From NCBI GenBank assembly GCA_963666985.2, contig CAXXIA010000001.1, positions 1,184,001 to 1,248,000 on the forward strand: DNA of 64,000 nt, read 5' to 3'. The notes under the pieces are model-generated. The model was given only the letters and a program-made list of their open reading frames with translations, was not told the DNA's origin and searched no databases. This document shows, one piece after another, positions 38,442-48,001 of this stretch. Numbering within the stretch: position 1 is the stretch's first letter; every line of letters begins with the position of its first letter. The DNA comes from Spirochaetia bacterium (lineage in GTDB: Bacteria > Spirochaetota > Spirochaetia > DSM-2461). The position numbers were made by a program, and so were the translations under genes.

Positions 38442-39751
38442 TCGGAATCGCCTCCCTTTCGGACGAAGGCGGCGCTTCGGCCGGCGCTGAAGAGGTTCTC
38501 GCCGTTCTGTGCGCCGCCTGATTTTGTATCGGCCTCAGCACCGGCGCCGGAGCCGCGGATGTTGTTAGCGGACCGGTTTACATCCGCGAGGCGGATGCGG
38601 CTACCGGCGGCGGCTTCCGAAACGGCCGCATTTTTTTCAGCAACGCCGATCTTTTCTCCGCGGGGAGCCTCCGACTTGGATTCACCCTCCCGATTCAAAA
38701 TCCGCACATCGGTGCCTTCAGAGAGAAAATGCTGCCCCACCGTTACGCAGGTTCGGCCTTCCATGGAGTCGGGCAGAAGAACATACGAACCGATGATGCG
38801 CGCTCCTTCCAGAGCCTGATAGGAGGCTTTGCCTTCGCTGTTCACAAACCAGAATCCCTTCCCCGAAGTCAGCGCCGTGGATGGAAGAGTCAGAACGTTC
38901 CGGCGGACCGAAAGGATGAACCTCGCCGTCATCAGCATGCCCGGCCTTAAGCCGCCGCGGGCTGCTTCATCGGGCGGGATTCGGCAGGTGACGACAAACG
39001 ACCGGGTTACCGGATCCACCCAGGGAGCCACGGTGGAAATTTCCGCGTCCAGAATCAAATCCGGGAACGCTTCGGGCGCGATGCGGACATCGGGTGTTTG
39101 TCCGTTGAAAGCCGCCAGATATTCCTCGGGAATGAATAAATCCGCTTCAAGAGTTTCCAAAGAACCGATGGTATAAAGAGGCGTTCCCGCTTCGGGTGAA
39201 ACAAGAGAACCGACGGCCGTATGCTTCATCAGAACAACACCCGTTGTCGGAGAGGGAACCCGCGTCCATCCGTACCGCAAAGCCGCCGCGGACGCCTGTG
39301 CTTCGGCGGACAGATAAGCCGCACGGGCATCCTCCCAATTCTGCCGGGTGGCCGATCCGGAGTTATAGAGCCTGTTGATCCGCGTCCAGGTGGAAGAAGC
39401 CGAATTGAACGCTATATCGGCCCGTTCTTTTTCAAGACGATAAGCTTCTCTGTCGATCTCCGCGAGAATCTCGCCCTCCTTCACGGTATCACCGACATTG
39501 GCGTAGAGCGATGTAACCGATCCGGAAACCTTGGGAAGAATGGTGACTTGGTTTGATGATTCCAGATTACCGTGAACTTCGAGGATTTCCTCGACATCTC
39601 TTCGAACGGGCTGTTCCGCCCGAACGGGCACGAAAGACTTCTCCGATTCCTCGGGCTCCGCTTCATCGAAGTAAAACCAGGCGGCTCCGGCACCGGCAAG
39701 GGCGAGAATGATGAAAAGAAACCGCAGAAAAAAACCGAGCACCCTCTTCAT
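38438..39751 (-). CDS. RND periplasmic adaptor (membrane fusion protein)
   Basis: PKVSGSV, VGDTVKEGEILA, VPSPTTGVV, VDPVTRS and LRPGM. Confidence 0.92.
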   Translation of the reverse strand: MKRVLGFFLRFLFIILALAGAGAAWFYFDEAEPEESEKSFVPVRAEQPVRRDVEEILEVHGNLESSNQVTILPKVSGSVTSLYANVGDTVKEGEILAEIDREAYRLEKERADIAFNSASSTWTRINRLYNSGSATRQNWEDARAAYLSAEAQASAAALRYGWTRVPSPTTGVVLMKHTAVGSLVSPEAGTPLYTIGSLETLEADLFIPEEYLAAFNGQTPDVRIAPEAFPDLILDAEISTVAPWVDPVTRSFVVTCRIPPDEAARGGLRPGMLMTARFILSVRRNVLTLPSTALTSGKGFWFVNSEGKASYQALEGARIIGSYVLLPDSMEGRTCVTVGQHFLSEGTDVRILNREGESKSEAPRGEKIGVAEKNAAVSEAAAGSRIRLADVNRSANNIRGSGAGAEADTKSGGAQNGENLFSAGRSAAFVRKGGDSE

Positions 39752-40368
39752 GAAACATCCTTTTTCAGCGGGATTCTCCGGCGTCCTTCCTTGGAAAGAA
39801 TGCCCTCGAACATCACCCGCTCGACAAATTCAGGGAGCGAAGCCACCTCGCCGTCTCCCAAATAAGAATCCTTCTTCCACCAATTCACAATCAAACCGAC
39901 AATAACGAGTGATAAAGACCTCACCGGCAGATCGGCCCGAAGAAAGCCCCGTTCCCTTCCCTCGCTGAAAAATCGGGAAAACACATCCACAAACCGCTGC
40001 TGAACCTGAGGAAAAAGGTATTCACCTTCTTCCATGGAACGCACCATTCCCCGAGGTCCGTAAAAAACCTCCATGGCTTCACGTCCTATATCCATAATTT
40101 CCATACCCCGTTCGACATAATCCCGCTTGGTATCTTCCGCTATATCGAAGAGCAGGGATGAATAATGACAAACCCGCCGTTCCACGCAATGCTTCCAAAT
40201 ATCACGTTTCCCGCCGGGAAAATGATTGTATAAAGTCTTTCGGCTCAAACCGATGTATTCGGAAAGATGTTCCATGCGCATTCCATGAAAGCTCAAACGG
40301 CTGATAAGACCTTCGGCCGCATTAAGGATTCGTTCGCGAGTCTCATCTCTGCGATTTATTTTTTTCAT
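39748..40368 (-). CDS. TetR/AcrR family transcriptional regulator
   Basis: RERILNAA...IGLSRKTLYNHF helix-turn-helix; first gene of the efflux operon. Confidence 0.92.
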   Translation of the reverse strand: MKKINRRDETRERILNAAEGLISRLSFHGMRMEHLSEYIGLSRKTLYNHFPGGKRDIWKHCVERRVCHYSSLLFDIAEDTKRDYVERGMEIMDIGREAMEVFYGPRGMVRSMEEGEYLFPQVQQRFVDVFSRFFSEGRERGFLRADLPVRSLSLVIVGLIVNWWKKDSYLGDGEVASLPEFVERVMFEGILSKEGRRRIPLKKDVS

Positions 40369-40371
40369 GTT

Positions 40372-40404
40372 TTACACATTAATGAGTCTTTTGTGTAATT
40401 TCAA
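40372..40404 (-). promoter_or_regulatory. TetR operator palindrome overlapping the promoter
   Basis: TTACACA-13 nt-TGTGTAA lies within TTGAAA-17-TAATGT, 7 nt before the ATG. Confidence 0.75.
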
Positions 40405-40453
40405 TATTCTAAAAAACTCTTCCGCTTCGAATATTCAAGAATGATGACCAAGC

Positions 40454-40816
40454 CTACTCGGCCAGCTTCTCCAGCTGCTGCTGAGAGCCGCCCACATGAA
40501 CGGAGGAGAACCCCATGAGCTTCATCATACGGGCCGCCCTGCGGGCATGCGCGCCCGTTTGGCCGTAAAGAATCTTCGCCGAAGATTTATTTCCCATGCG
40601 GCCCGCGCTCTTGGCGATACGGTCCACGGGCATATTGACCGCGCCGGGGAAGTGTCCGGCTTTAAAATCCGCCGATGAACGGACGTCGATAATCATGGCC
40701 GCCGGCAAAAGTTCCTTCAGACGCTTGTTTTTTCTCCCGGTAAAAAACATCCTCGCGTATCCGAAAACGGCCAGAGCACCGAGAATAATCGCGCCGACCG
40801 CAATGTCCTGATCCAT
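40454..40816 (-). CDS. Membrane-anchored rhodanese-like protein lacking the catalytic Cys
   Basis: N-terminal TM; IIDVRS..FKAGHFPGAVNMP; active-site loop reads LYGQTG. Confidence 0.85.
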   Translation of the reverse strand: MDQDIAVGAIILGALAVFGYARMFFTGRKNKRLKELLPAAMIIDVRSSADFKAGHFPGAVNMPVDRIAKSAGRMGNKSSAKILYGQTGAHARRAARMMKLMGFSSVHVGGSQQQLEKLAE

Positions 40817-40965
40817 GAATCACCTTCCTTAAGGGACTATAGAAGGTTTTATCGGAGATGAACAGAGATGACAATCATGAGTGAAACGGCTCGGCCGTCT
40901 TAAGAGGGGCGCCGAACACACCCTGCCGCCGACGCGGATTTCAAAGCGTCCGACGGGGGCGTGAA

Positions 40966-41397
40966 TTACCGATTAATCACCCCTTTTTTAAGAATTATAT
41001 TCCCGTACTTTCGAACCTCTCCGGTCATGACAACAGCGTAGGCGTCTTTGGAACGCTCGTAAAACGCAAACCGCTCCATCCGTTCGATCTTCGGCGTATC
41101 GGGCCAAACGGCATCGACTTCAGCCCTGAATGCCCCTTCCACAGCCGGATCCAAATCGTCACCGGGAACCGGAGCCATCATAATCAGAGGGCTCTCAACA
41201 TAGCCGTCCAGAGTTATCAGCGGCAAAATGCCCCGCAAAAGCCGCGCGGTGTCGATTCCGTCCGCTCGAATCACCCTCTTTCCCATCGTGTCGCCCGGAT
41301 AAAAAGCATCGGCAAGGACTATTTCATCTCCATGTCCCATCCGGAACAAAGCATCCAAGAGTTCCGGCGAAATAACCGGATCAATATTTCTCAGCAT
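40966..41397 (-). CDS. fucU: L-fucose mutarotase (RbsD/FucU family)
   Basis: MGHGDEIVLADA, ERFAFYE and TGEVRKYGNIILKKGV. Confidence 0.9.
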   Translation of the reverse strand: MLRNIDPVISPELLDALFRMGHGDEIVLADAFYPGDTMGKRVIRADGIDTARLLRGILPLITLDGYVESPLIMMAPVPGDDLDPAVEGAFRAEVDAVWPDTPKIERMERFAFYERSKDAYAVVMTGEVRKYGNIILKKGVINR

Positions 41398-41488
41398 TTT
41401 CGAATCTCCTTCGCAGAGTAAAAAACATCATTAAGTACATGAACCATGATTTTAATATGAACGAATGAATAACAACACCATATTCGGA

Positions 41489-41689
41489 TTAGGGTTTTGC
41501 CTTCCGCTTCCTCTTCCGAAACGTGCTCAAAGCCCATCCGAGAATCCATCCTACGGCCAGAATCAGCAGAAAAACGAGGAATCTGGGGGCCGTAACGGTC
41601 CAGAAAAGAAATTGATAACTTACCGCTTCCAGGTTCTGAAACGCAAAGATAAGAGTAAGAACTCCGAGAATAATTCCAAAAATCAGCAT
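41489..41689 (-). CDS. LapA (DUF1049) family small membrane protein
   Basis: IFAFQN..V..QFLFW motif, two TMs and a basic tail. Confidence 0.8.
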   Translation of the reverse strand: MLIFGIILGVLTLIFAFQNLEAVSYQFLFWTVTAPRFLVFLLILAVGWILGWALSTFRKRKRKAKP

Positions 41690-41782
41690 ACATAACCCCT
41701 TTATCGGATGCGGCGCCTAAGTTGAGGCATCATCCGATTCCGAATATCAAATCCGCGCATGAAGCACGCGTTTCCGGACGAT

Positions 41783-42553
41783 TCACCAATGAACGGCCTT
41801 GCGGATTCGCGCCAGACTGGAAGCGAAAATCCCTTTGTGAGCCGTATCGGTCTGAAGCGACCGTTCCCGAGTCGGAATGAATCGGGCCCGGGAATTAAAC
41901 AGGAACAGCATGTAAGCCAGCTCTCCGCTCTTATCCTCAATAGGATAACAAACGGAATCGGGGAAATCTCCGCCGGAAGATCTGGGCTGGCGTTCCTGCA
42001 TCAGTCCCGCGCGCAGCTCTCCGAAAGGAATGCCGGGAATCAAGGACTGAACGTTTACTCCGATCAGTTCGCTTCTTTCCTTATTCAGCACGTCATCCAG
42101 GTTATCGCCCGCATACTGTATTTTCCCGAGAACATCGCAAATGAGAATCGTCTTTTCCGAGTTGCGCACCAAGAACTCAACAAGATCGTGCATGGCGCTG
42201 ATTTTTCGGGTTTTCATGAGATTCTGGCGGCTGATCTGATTAAAAATCGTCGTTAGTCGATCACCGATAACGCCGAGATTCTGAAAATCCCGTCCCGGAA
42301 CGATATCCCGCCGAACACCTTGCGCGATCAGTCTGTCCAGACGGCGATCCAAAGAACGCGCCCGTAAAATAATAATCAGATAAGCGCAAAGATACGCGAC
42401 GAAAACGACCATGTTCCAAAAGAGAAAACTCTCGCCGTCGACCCGATCTCCCGCTTGAATCAGAAAAACGTAGCCGGCCACTCCGAAACCGAGAAGAGCG
42501 GCGGCGCCGACGAATCCCAGAAGAATCAGAACTCCTCGTCTGAGAACAATCAT
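41783..42553 (-). CDS. Two-TM protein with HAMP/PAS-like cytoplasmic part
   Basis: Two TMs; ILICDVLGKIQYA...RSELIGVNVQSLIP is PAS-like; start overlaps the ktrA stop. Confidence 0.65.
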   Translation of the reverse strand: MIVLRRGVLILLGFVGAAALLGFGVAGYVFLIQAGDRVDGESFLFWNMVVFVAYLCAYLIIILRARSLDRRLDRLIAQGVRRDIVPGRDFQNLGVIGDRLTTIFNQISRQNLMKTRKISAMHDLVEFLVRNSEKTILICDVLGKIQYAGDNLDDVLNKERSELIGVNVQSLIPGIPFGELRAGLMQERQPRSSGGDFPDSVCYPIEDKSGELAYMLFLFNSRARFIPTRERSLQTDTAHKGIFASSLARIRKAVHW

Positions 42554-43254
42554 CAGCGAAGTTCCTTCATTGTATTTAATGGACCGTTTTCTCCAACCAC
42601 CAGAAGAACATCGGTCTCCTCCAGGACGTCATCGGGACTCGGAAACTGAATCCGATCTCCCCGTATGGTGTTTCCTTCTTCATCCACGGTCAATTCGACT
42701 TTTCGAATCGCCACTACCGAAACCGTCATGCGGTTCCTTAAATCAAGCTCGGCCAATGTTCTGCCGGAAAATCCTTTGGGCGTCGCGATTTCCGCCATGC
42801 TGATGTTTTCGGATATGGGAATATTGTCGAGCACATCGGGAGAAATCAGTTTCTGAGCCAATCGTGTTCCCTCGTTGATTTCCAAGTTGATCACCTCGTC
42901 GGCGCCGACCTGAAGAAGCACCCTCATATGGATATCGGTGATGGATCGCGCGATGATTCTCGGAACCCCGATTTTCCTCAGAATCGCCGTCGTCAGAATG
43001 CTCGCTTCGACATTGTCACCGATGGCGACGACGGCCGTGTCCACGTCTTCAAAAGGAACCTGCCCCATGGCTTCTTCGTCCGTGGAGTTTATAACAATGG
43101 ATTGGGAAACGCTTTCCTTGACCTTTTCAACCAGATGCTCCTGGTTGTCGATGGCAATAACCTGCCCGCCCTTCGAAGCCAGTTCTTCACAAAGCCGAAC
43201 GCCGAAAGCGCCCAGACCGATCACGGCATATGTCCGTTCGCGCGTTTTTGCCAT
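42553..43254 (-). CDS. ktrA: KtrA/TrkA family K+ uptake regulatory subunit
   Basis: YAVIGLGAFG RCK_N domain plus C-terminal RCK_C domain. Confidence 0.9.
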   Translation of the reverse strand: MAKTRERTYAVIGLGAFGVRLCEELASKGGQVIAIDNQEHLVEKVKESVSQSIVINSTDEEAMGQVPFEDVDTAVVAIGDNVEASILTTAILRKIGVPRIIARSITDIHMRVLLQVGADEVINLEINEGTRLAQKLISPDVLDNIPISENISMAEIATPKGFSGRTLAELDLRNRMTVSVVAIRKVELTVDEEGNTIRGDRIQFPSPDDVLEETDVLLVVGENGPLNTMKELR

Positions 43255-43267
43255 AATGCCTCCTTTG

Positions 43268-44986
43268 TTATCCGACGGTTATGGACGCCCTCGGATAGCC
43301 GACGGTGTTCTTCGGCGCATCCGAGGAAGCGGCCGCGAGGACGGTTAAGGGTCCCAGACGGCCGATGAACATCAGAACGATAACGACGGATTTTCCGAAT
43401 CCGCCGAGAGAACCGGTAACACCCGTGGATAATCCCACGGTCGCGAACGCCGAAGCGCTCTCGAAAAGAAGATCCTTCATGGGGGCCGTTTCGGTCAAGG
43501 AGAGAAGAAAGGTTCCCCCGAAAACCGCCAGTATTCCGAAAAGCAGAATAAGGAAAGCCTGGTTTACGGTCCGCGGATCGACTGTTTTGGAATGAATCAG
43601 CACCCGCTCCTCATTTCTCCAGGAAGACCTGACCGACGCCAGCAGCACCGACACCGTATTGACTTTCACCCCTCCCGCGGTGCTTCCGGAGGCTCCGCCG
43701 ATGAACATAATGAAAATCATGCCGACAATCGTGCCCGTGGCCAGGGAATCGAAAGATACCGAATTAAATCCCGCGGTTCTCAGGGTGACCGATTGAAAGA
43801 ACGCCGCCAAGTACTGCTGGCCGAGATTTAAGCCGGAAAGAGCGCCTTGATGCTCCAAAGGATAAACCAGAATCATACCCGCGAGAATCAGGATTCCCGT
43901 GGCCGTCAGGACGGCCTTGGAGTTTTCCGTTAATCGGGATTTTCCCCGTATCGAATCACCGATGTTCGCGATAACGGCGAAGCTCAAACCTCCGCAGATA
44001 ATGAGGAGCGCGACGACAAGGAGTACCAGAGGATTATCCGTGAACGACATAAGGCTGTCGGAAAACAGAGCGAATCCGGCATTGCAGAAGGCCGATACCG
44101 CATGAAACACGCCGTAGAGCACCAAATCTCCCCAGTTGCTCAGCGAGGAACGGAATCCCAGAGCCAAAAGTATGGCACCGGCAAGCTCAACGGCCAAAGT
44201 AATCCCGATAATGGACCTGAGAACCCGTGAAAGACTGCTCATGTCGTCTTCGGAGAGCATATAGGAAACCAGCCGCTTCTGTTCCACCGAAACACGCCGT
44301 CTGAAAATGAAAAGCGTGAAATAACTTAAAACCATAATGCCAAGTCCGCCGATTTGAATCAGCGCCATAATGACGATCCGGCCCCAGGCACTGAAATAAA
44401 CGGCCGTATCGACGACGATGAGCCCGGTAACGCAGACCGCCGAAGTGGCGGTAAACAGAGCGTCGATAAAAGGAAGCCCCGGGCCGGAAACGGCGGTGAA
44501 CGGCATCATCAAGAGCCAGCTTCCCGCAAGAATGACCAAAAGGAAGCTTAATGCGATGGTCAGCGCCGGACGAATGCGCAGGCTTTCCACAACTGTGGCG
44601 ATCCGGCGGTAGCGGCTGAAGACTTTAAGAACAAGAAACAGGTTCCGAATGGCGACGATGGCCGATCCATCGGAAGTTTCAACGGAAAAAAGATTCGCTA
44701 CGGTCAGCGCCTTCGTATAAATGAAGAGCGCGATGAAAGCCAAAGAAAAGGAGAGTGAGCTCCAATTCCTCCTGAGATAGAATATTTTGTACGGTGCTCG
44801 GCGCAGCTCGACGATGATTTCCGCCAACAAAATGAAAAAAATGACGAAATCGATGAGATTCGTGAAGATAATCGCCGTAATTCCGGAAAAATCCGATTGC
44901 TCAACGAACAGGGAAACAACGCTGAGCAGAAGAGTCAGGAGAATCCAGGAGTTCCATTTGATTGATCGGCGTCCTTGACGTTTCAC
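43268..44986 (-). CDS. ktrB: KtrB/TrkH family K+ uptake membrane subunit with N-terminal extension
   Basis: SAVCVTGL, SAFCNAGF, LRTAGF, SAFATVGLS and GRLGPLT. Confidence 0.9.
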   Translation of the reverse strand: MKRQGRRSIKWNSWILLTLLLSVVSLFVEQSDFSGITAIIFTNLIDFVIFFILLAEIIVELRRAPYKIFYLRRNWSSLSFSLAFIALFIYTKALTVANLFSVETSDGSAIVAIRNLFLVLKVFSRYRRIATVVESLRIRPALTIALSFLLVILAGSWLLMMPFTAVSGPGLPFIDALFTATSAVCVTGLIVVDTAVYFSAWGRIVIMALIQIGGLGIMVLSYFTLFIFRRRVSVEQKRLVSYMLSEDDMSSLSRVLRSIIGITLAVELAGAILLALGFRSSLSNWGDLVLYGVFHAVSAFCNAGFALFSDSLMSFTDNPLVLLVVALLIICGGLSFAVIANIGDSIRGKSRLTENSKAVLTATGILILAGMILVYPLEHQGALSGLNLGQQYLAAFFQSVTLRTAGFNSVSFDSLATGTIVGMIFIMFIGGASGSTAGGVKVNTVSVLLASVRSSWRNEERVLIHSKTVDPRTVNQAFLILLFGILAVFGGTFLLSLTETAPMKDLLFESASAFATVGLSTGVTGSLGGFGKSVVIVLMFIGRLGPLTVLAAASSDAPKNTVGYPRASITVG

Positions 44987-45234
44987 AGAAAAAAACCTCT
45001 CCGAGTTCCGCGGATCGGGTATCCGATTCCCAAAGGCATCGATTTGGGGCCGAATCCGCGGTCCGCCGCATTCAAACGAACATTCATCATCAAATTATAG
45101 CGGTTCAACCGTCTTTATTTGAATTCCTTAAAAAACATACTCTTTCTCACGTTCCTCACCGTTTGCATCATACACTGTGCAAAAGCGAACCGCGCGCAGC
45201 ATAATGAAAGTATTCGAGTAAGAGGAGTTTTTTC

Positions 45235-45522
45235 ATGACGATCGATTGGAAGACAATGAAGGGCGATATTTCACGGGGAATCAAGGAAGGGGCCGAATCG
45301 GTCGCGAAAAAGGCCGGAGAAGTGTCGGCCGAGGGGCAGAAGAAAGTCAAAATATTCAACCTGAAGCGAAAGATTCAAGACTTCATGGAAGACCTGGGCG
45401 CCGCCATATATGAAGCGGAGAAGAAAAATCCGGGAACCATATCCGATGAAGCGGCCAAAGACATTCTCAAATCGATTGAAGAGGCCCATGCCGAAATTAA
45501 AAAACTGGAAGAAGAGGAATAA
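45235..45522 (+). CDS. Hypothetical helical protein (95 aa)
   Basis: Strong RBS AGGAG; charged amphipathic sequence. Confidence 0.75.
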   Translation: MTIDWKTMKGDISRGIKEGAESVAKKAGEVSAEGQKKVKIFNLKRKIQDFMEDLGAAIYEAEKKNPGTISDEAAKDILKSIEEAHAEIKKLEEEE

Positions 45523-45724
45523 CTCATTTATCCTAACGGTGTAAGAACCGATCAAATACGCTTCGGAGCCGATTCACCGCCGGCCGCAGACGGCATTGCC
45601 TTCATGAAAAGCTCCGGGTACCGCACCTTCGAAAAAATGTAACTATTTCTTCATAATATGATTGTGATATTCAATACGGGTTTGAAATGCCGTACGGGCA
45701 AAAAAACCTGAAAAGGAGTTAAAA

Positions 45725-46888
45725 ATGATCCATCGTCGGATAGGCTATCTGCTTTTCTTGTCGCTGTTAATCGCATCCTGCCGCACCGCTCCCCCGCAAG
45801 TCGTTGAGGGAAGTCTGTTCTCTCTCCTGCCGGAGGATTTTCCGGTCATCCGGGCCGCAAGAGGCGGCTTCTCGCCGAACGGCGACGGACTCTATGACGT
45901 GATGTCCCTGTATCCGGAAGTCGGACGCCAGGAGGAACTCTCCTCATGGCGCGTGGATATCACGAATTCCGACGGGAAAGTCGTCCGCAGTTTCAGCGGA
46001 ACGGCGCCTGTTCCCGACGAAATCATCTGGGACGGCGGCAATGATTCTCTCAAAACCGCCGATGAGGGGCTTTATCATGCCGTATTCCATACGGTGTTCA
46101 ACGGCGGCGAGGCCGAATACGAAGCCGAGACGGCTCCTTTCTCCCTCGTTCTTGAAGGTCCGGAAGTGACGTTAACCGTCGGCGGCGAAGCCTTCTCCCC
46201 GAATGGCGACGGTGTTGACGATATCTACAACCTCGGGATTCATATTGCCGAACCCGAGAAGGTGGATTTCTGGGAAATCTTTATTCGGGATCCGATGGGA
46301 ACACCGTTCTATCTGGAGAAAAAACTCGGAACGCCTCCCGAGAACTGGAGCTGGGACGGTACCGATTCAAACGGGAATACGGTTCTTTCCGGTGCGGATT
46401 ACCCGATCAGTCTTACCGTTACCGATTTATGGGGCAACGAAACAACGATGGACTGGCAGATTCATGTCGACGTTATGCTGATTCCCGACGGCGATCGGTA
46501 CGTCATCAGCCTCTCCAGAATCTACTTTCAGCCGTACACGGCGAATTTCACGGATGTTCCCGAAACGGAACGGATGTCCAACCAAAATACCCTGGACCAA
46601 GTCGCACAGATCCTCAACCGCTATAAGGATTACGATGTCGCTCTTGTCGGGCATGCGGTTCATGTCTACTGGTTCCGTCCCGACCTGATGCAGAGGGAAC
46701 AAGAAAAGATTCTTCTACCTCTCTCTTTAGCCAGAGCCGAGGCGATTCGCAACGCTCTTGTGCAGAGGGGCATCGATCCCAAACGCATGACGGTGGAAGG
46801 CCGAGGCGGCGCGGAACCGATCGTCCCGCATTCCGATTTGAGGAACCGCTGGATGAATCGCCGCGTGGTATTCTATCTTTCGCGTTAA
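45725..46888 (+). CDS. OmpA-family lipoprotein with two FlgD-Ig/FSPNGDG domains
   Basis: Lipobox IASC; FSPNGDG twice and WDG motifs; LSLARAEAIR...NRRV OmpA-C domain. Confidence 0.88.
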   Translation: MIHRRIGYLLFLSLLIASCRTAPPQVVEGSLFSLLPEDFPVIRAARGGFSPNGDGLYDVMSLYPEVGRQEELSSWRVDITNSDGKVVRSFSGTAPVPDEIIWDGGNDSLKTADEGLYHAVFHTVFNGGEAEYEAETAPFSLVLEGPEVTLTVGGEAFSPNGDGVDDIYNLGIHIAEPEKVDFWEIFIRDPMGTPFYLEKKLGTPPENWSWDGTDSNGNTVLSGADYPISLTVTDLWGNETTMDWQIHVDVMLIPDGDRYVISLSRIYFQPYTANFTDVPETERMSNQNTLDQVAQILNRYKDYDVALVGHAVHVYWFRPDLMQREQEKILLPLSLARAEAIRNALVQRGIDPKRMTVEGRGGAEPIVPHSDLRNRWMNRRVVFYLSR

Positions 46889-46937
46889 TCCGCCGATGCG
46901 GCCTGATCTTTATTATCCATCGCGGAGGTGATTCTGC

Positions 46938-47852
46938 ATGACCATTTTCGAAGCCATAGCCCAAGGTTTCCGGAAAACACCGGAGCAAACGGTAAACGCC
47001 CTTCTGATCTCCGCGGGAATTCTCATCATCATTCCGCTGGCGTCTCTTTTGTATAAAGCCGTTATGAAAAAAAGAACGGCCGGAGAATGGGAAAACGATT
47101 TTCAAGCCTTCATCAGAGAGAAAGATTTAACCGTTAACGAACTCGATCTTCTCGACGATTTGTTTCCGTTCCTGAAAGATCCCCGGCGCAAGATTCTGAT
47201 GCTTCACAATCGGAACACCTTTCTTCTCGCGCTCGGCCGTCTCGAAGAGAAAACGGGTCATCCGCAGGAATTCGGAGAGAACCTTGAAAAAAAACTCTTC
47301 GGAGAAGAAAAATCGATTCTTCCGGAAGACTTGAAAAATCCGCTCGGTCCCGGCCGTCCGGCGCGTTATATCGCTTCCGACGGGAAAGTCTTTACCGGCC
47401 GAATAACCTCCGGGAAAGGCAATGTCGTCGGCCTCGGCTTCCTGGAAACCATGAAAGCACGGACGGAACCCGGAAAAGAACGTCTGCTGGTGCAGGACTT
47501 CCGCGGGATTCTCATCTATCCGGTTTCTTCGGTGTCCCGTACCGGAGAGGATTCCCTGCGCCTTGAAGTCTCTCCTCGGGCCGTTAAACAAAAGGACCGC
47601 ATCGCCCCCTCATCGATTGACCTCTATCCGCCGGGAACAAGCCGCCCTATCGAAACACGTCTTCTGCAGCTTAACAACGGAATCGGCGCGATTGAAAATC
47701 CCGATGGCATCCTAAAAACAGGGCAAACCGTCAAACTTTCTTTCAGAACCGAATTCGACAAGCATTACCGCATCAATGCCGTCGTTACCGGGCTTTCCGG
47801 CCGGAAGCGAATCGCCCGGCTGAAATTCGGCTACCTGAAGCCGATTCCATAA
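46938..47852 (+). CDS. Hypothetical single-TM protein, possibly with a degenerate PilZ-like C-terminus
   Basis: RBS GGAGG; one TM; beta-rich C-terminus ending ARLKFGYL. Confidence 0.6.
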   Translation: MTIFEAIAQGFRKTPEQTVNALLISAGILIIIPLASLLYKAVMKKRTAGEWENDFQAFIREKDLTVNELDLLDDLFPFLKDPRRKILMLHNRNTFLLALGRLEEKTGHPQEFGENLEKKLFGEEKSILPEDLKNPLGPGRPARYIASDGKVFTGRITSGKGNVVGLGFLETMKARTEPGKERLLVQDFRGILIYPVSSVSRTGEDSLRLEVSPRAVKQKDRIAPSSIDLYPPGTSRPIETRLLQLNNGIGAIENPDGILKTGQTVKLSFRTEFDKHYRINAVVTGLSGRKRIARLKFGYLKPIP

Positions 47853-48001
47853 AAAGTCTCCTCATATCCCGCAAACTCATTACGCCGTCTTCAATCGAAC
47901 GGACATGGGAGTAATCGTCAAAACGGATCTCTCATCCGACGGTCGGCGCATAGCCGAAGAATGAGTTATTATTGGTATCAATCGCTTTTTTAGGAAACGG
48001 A

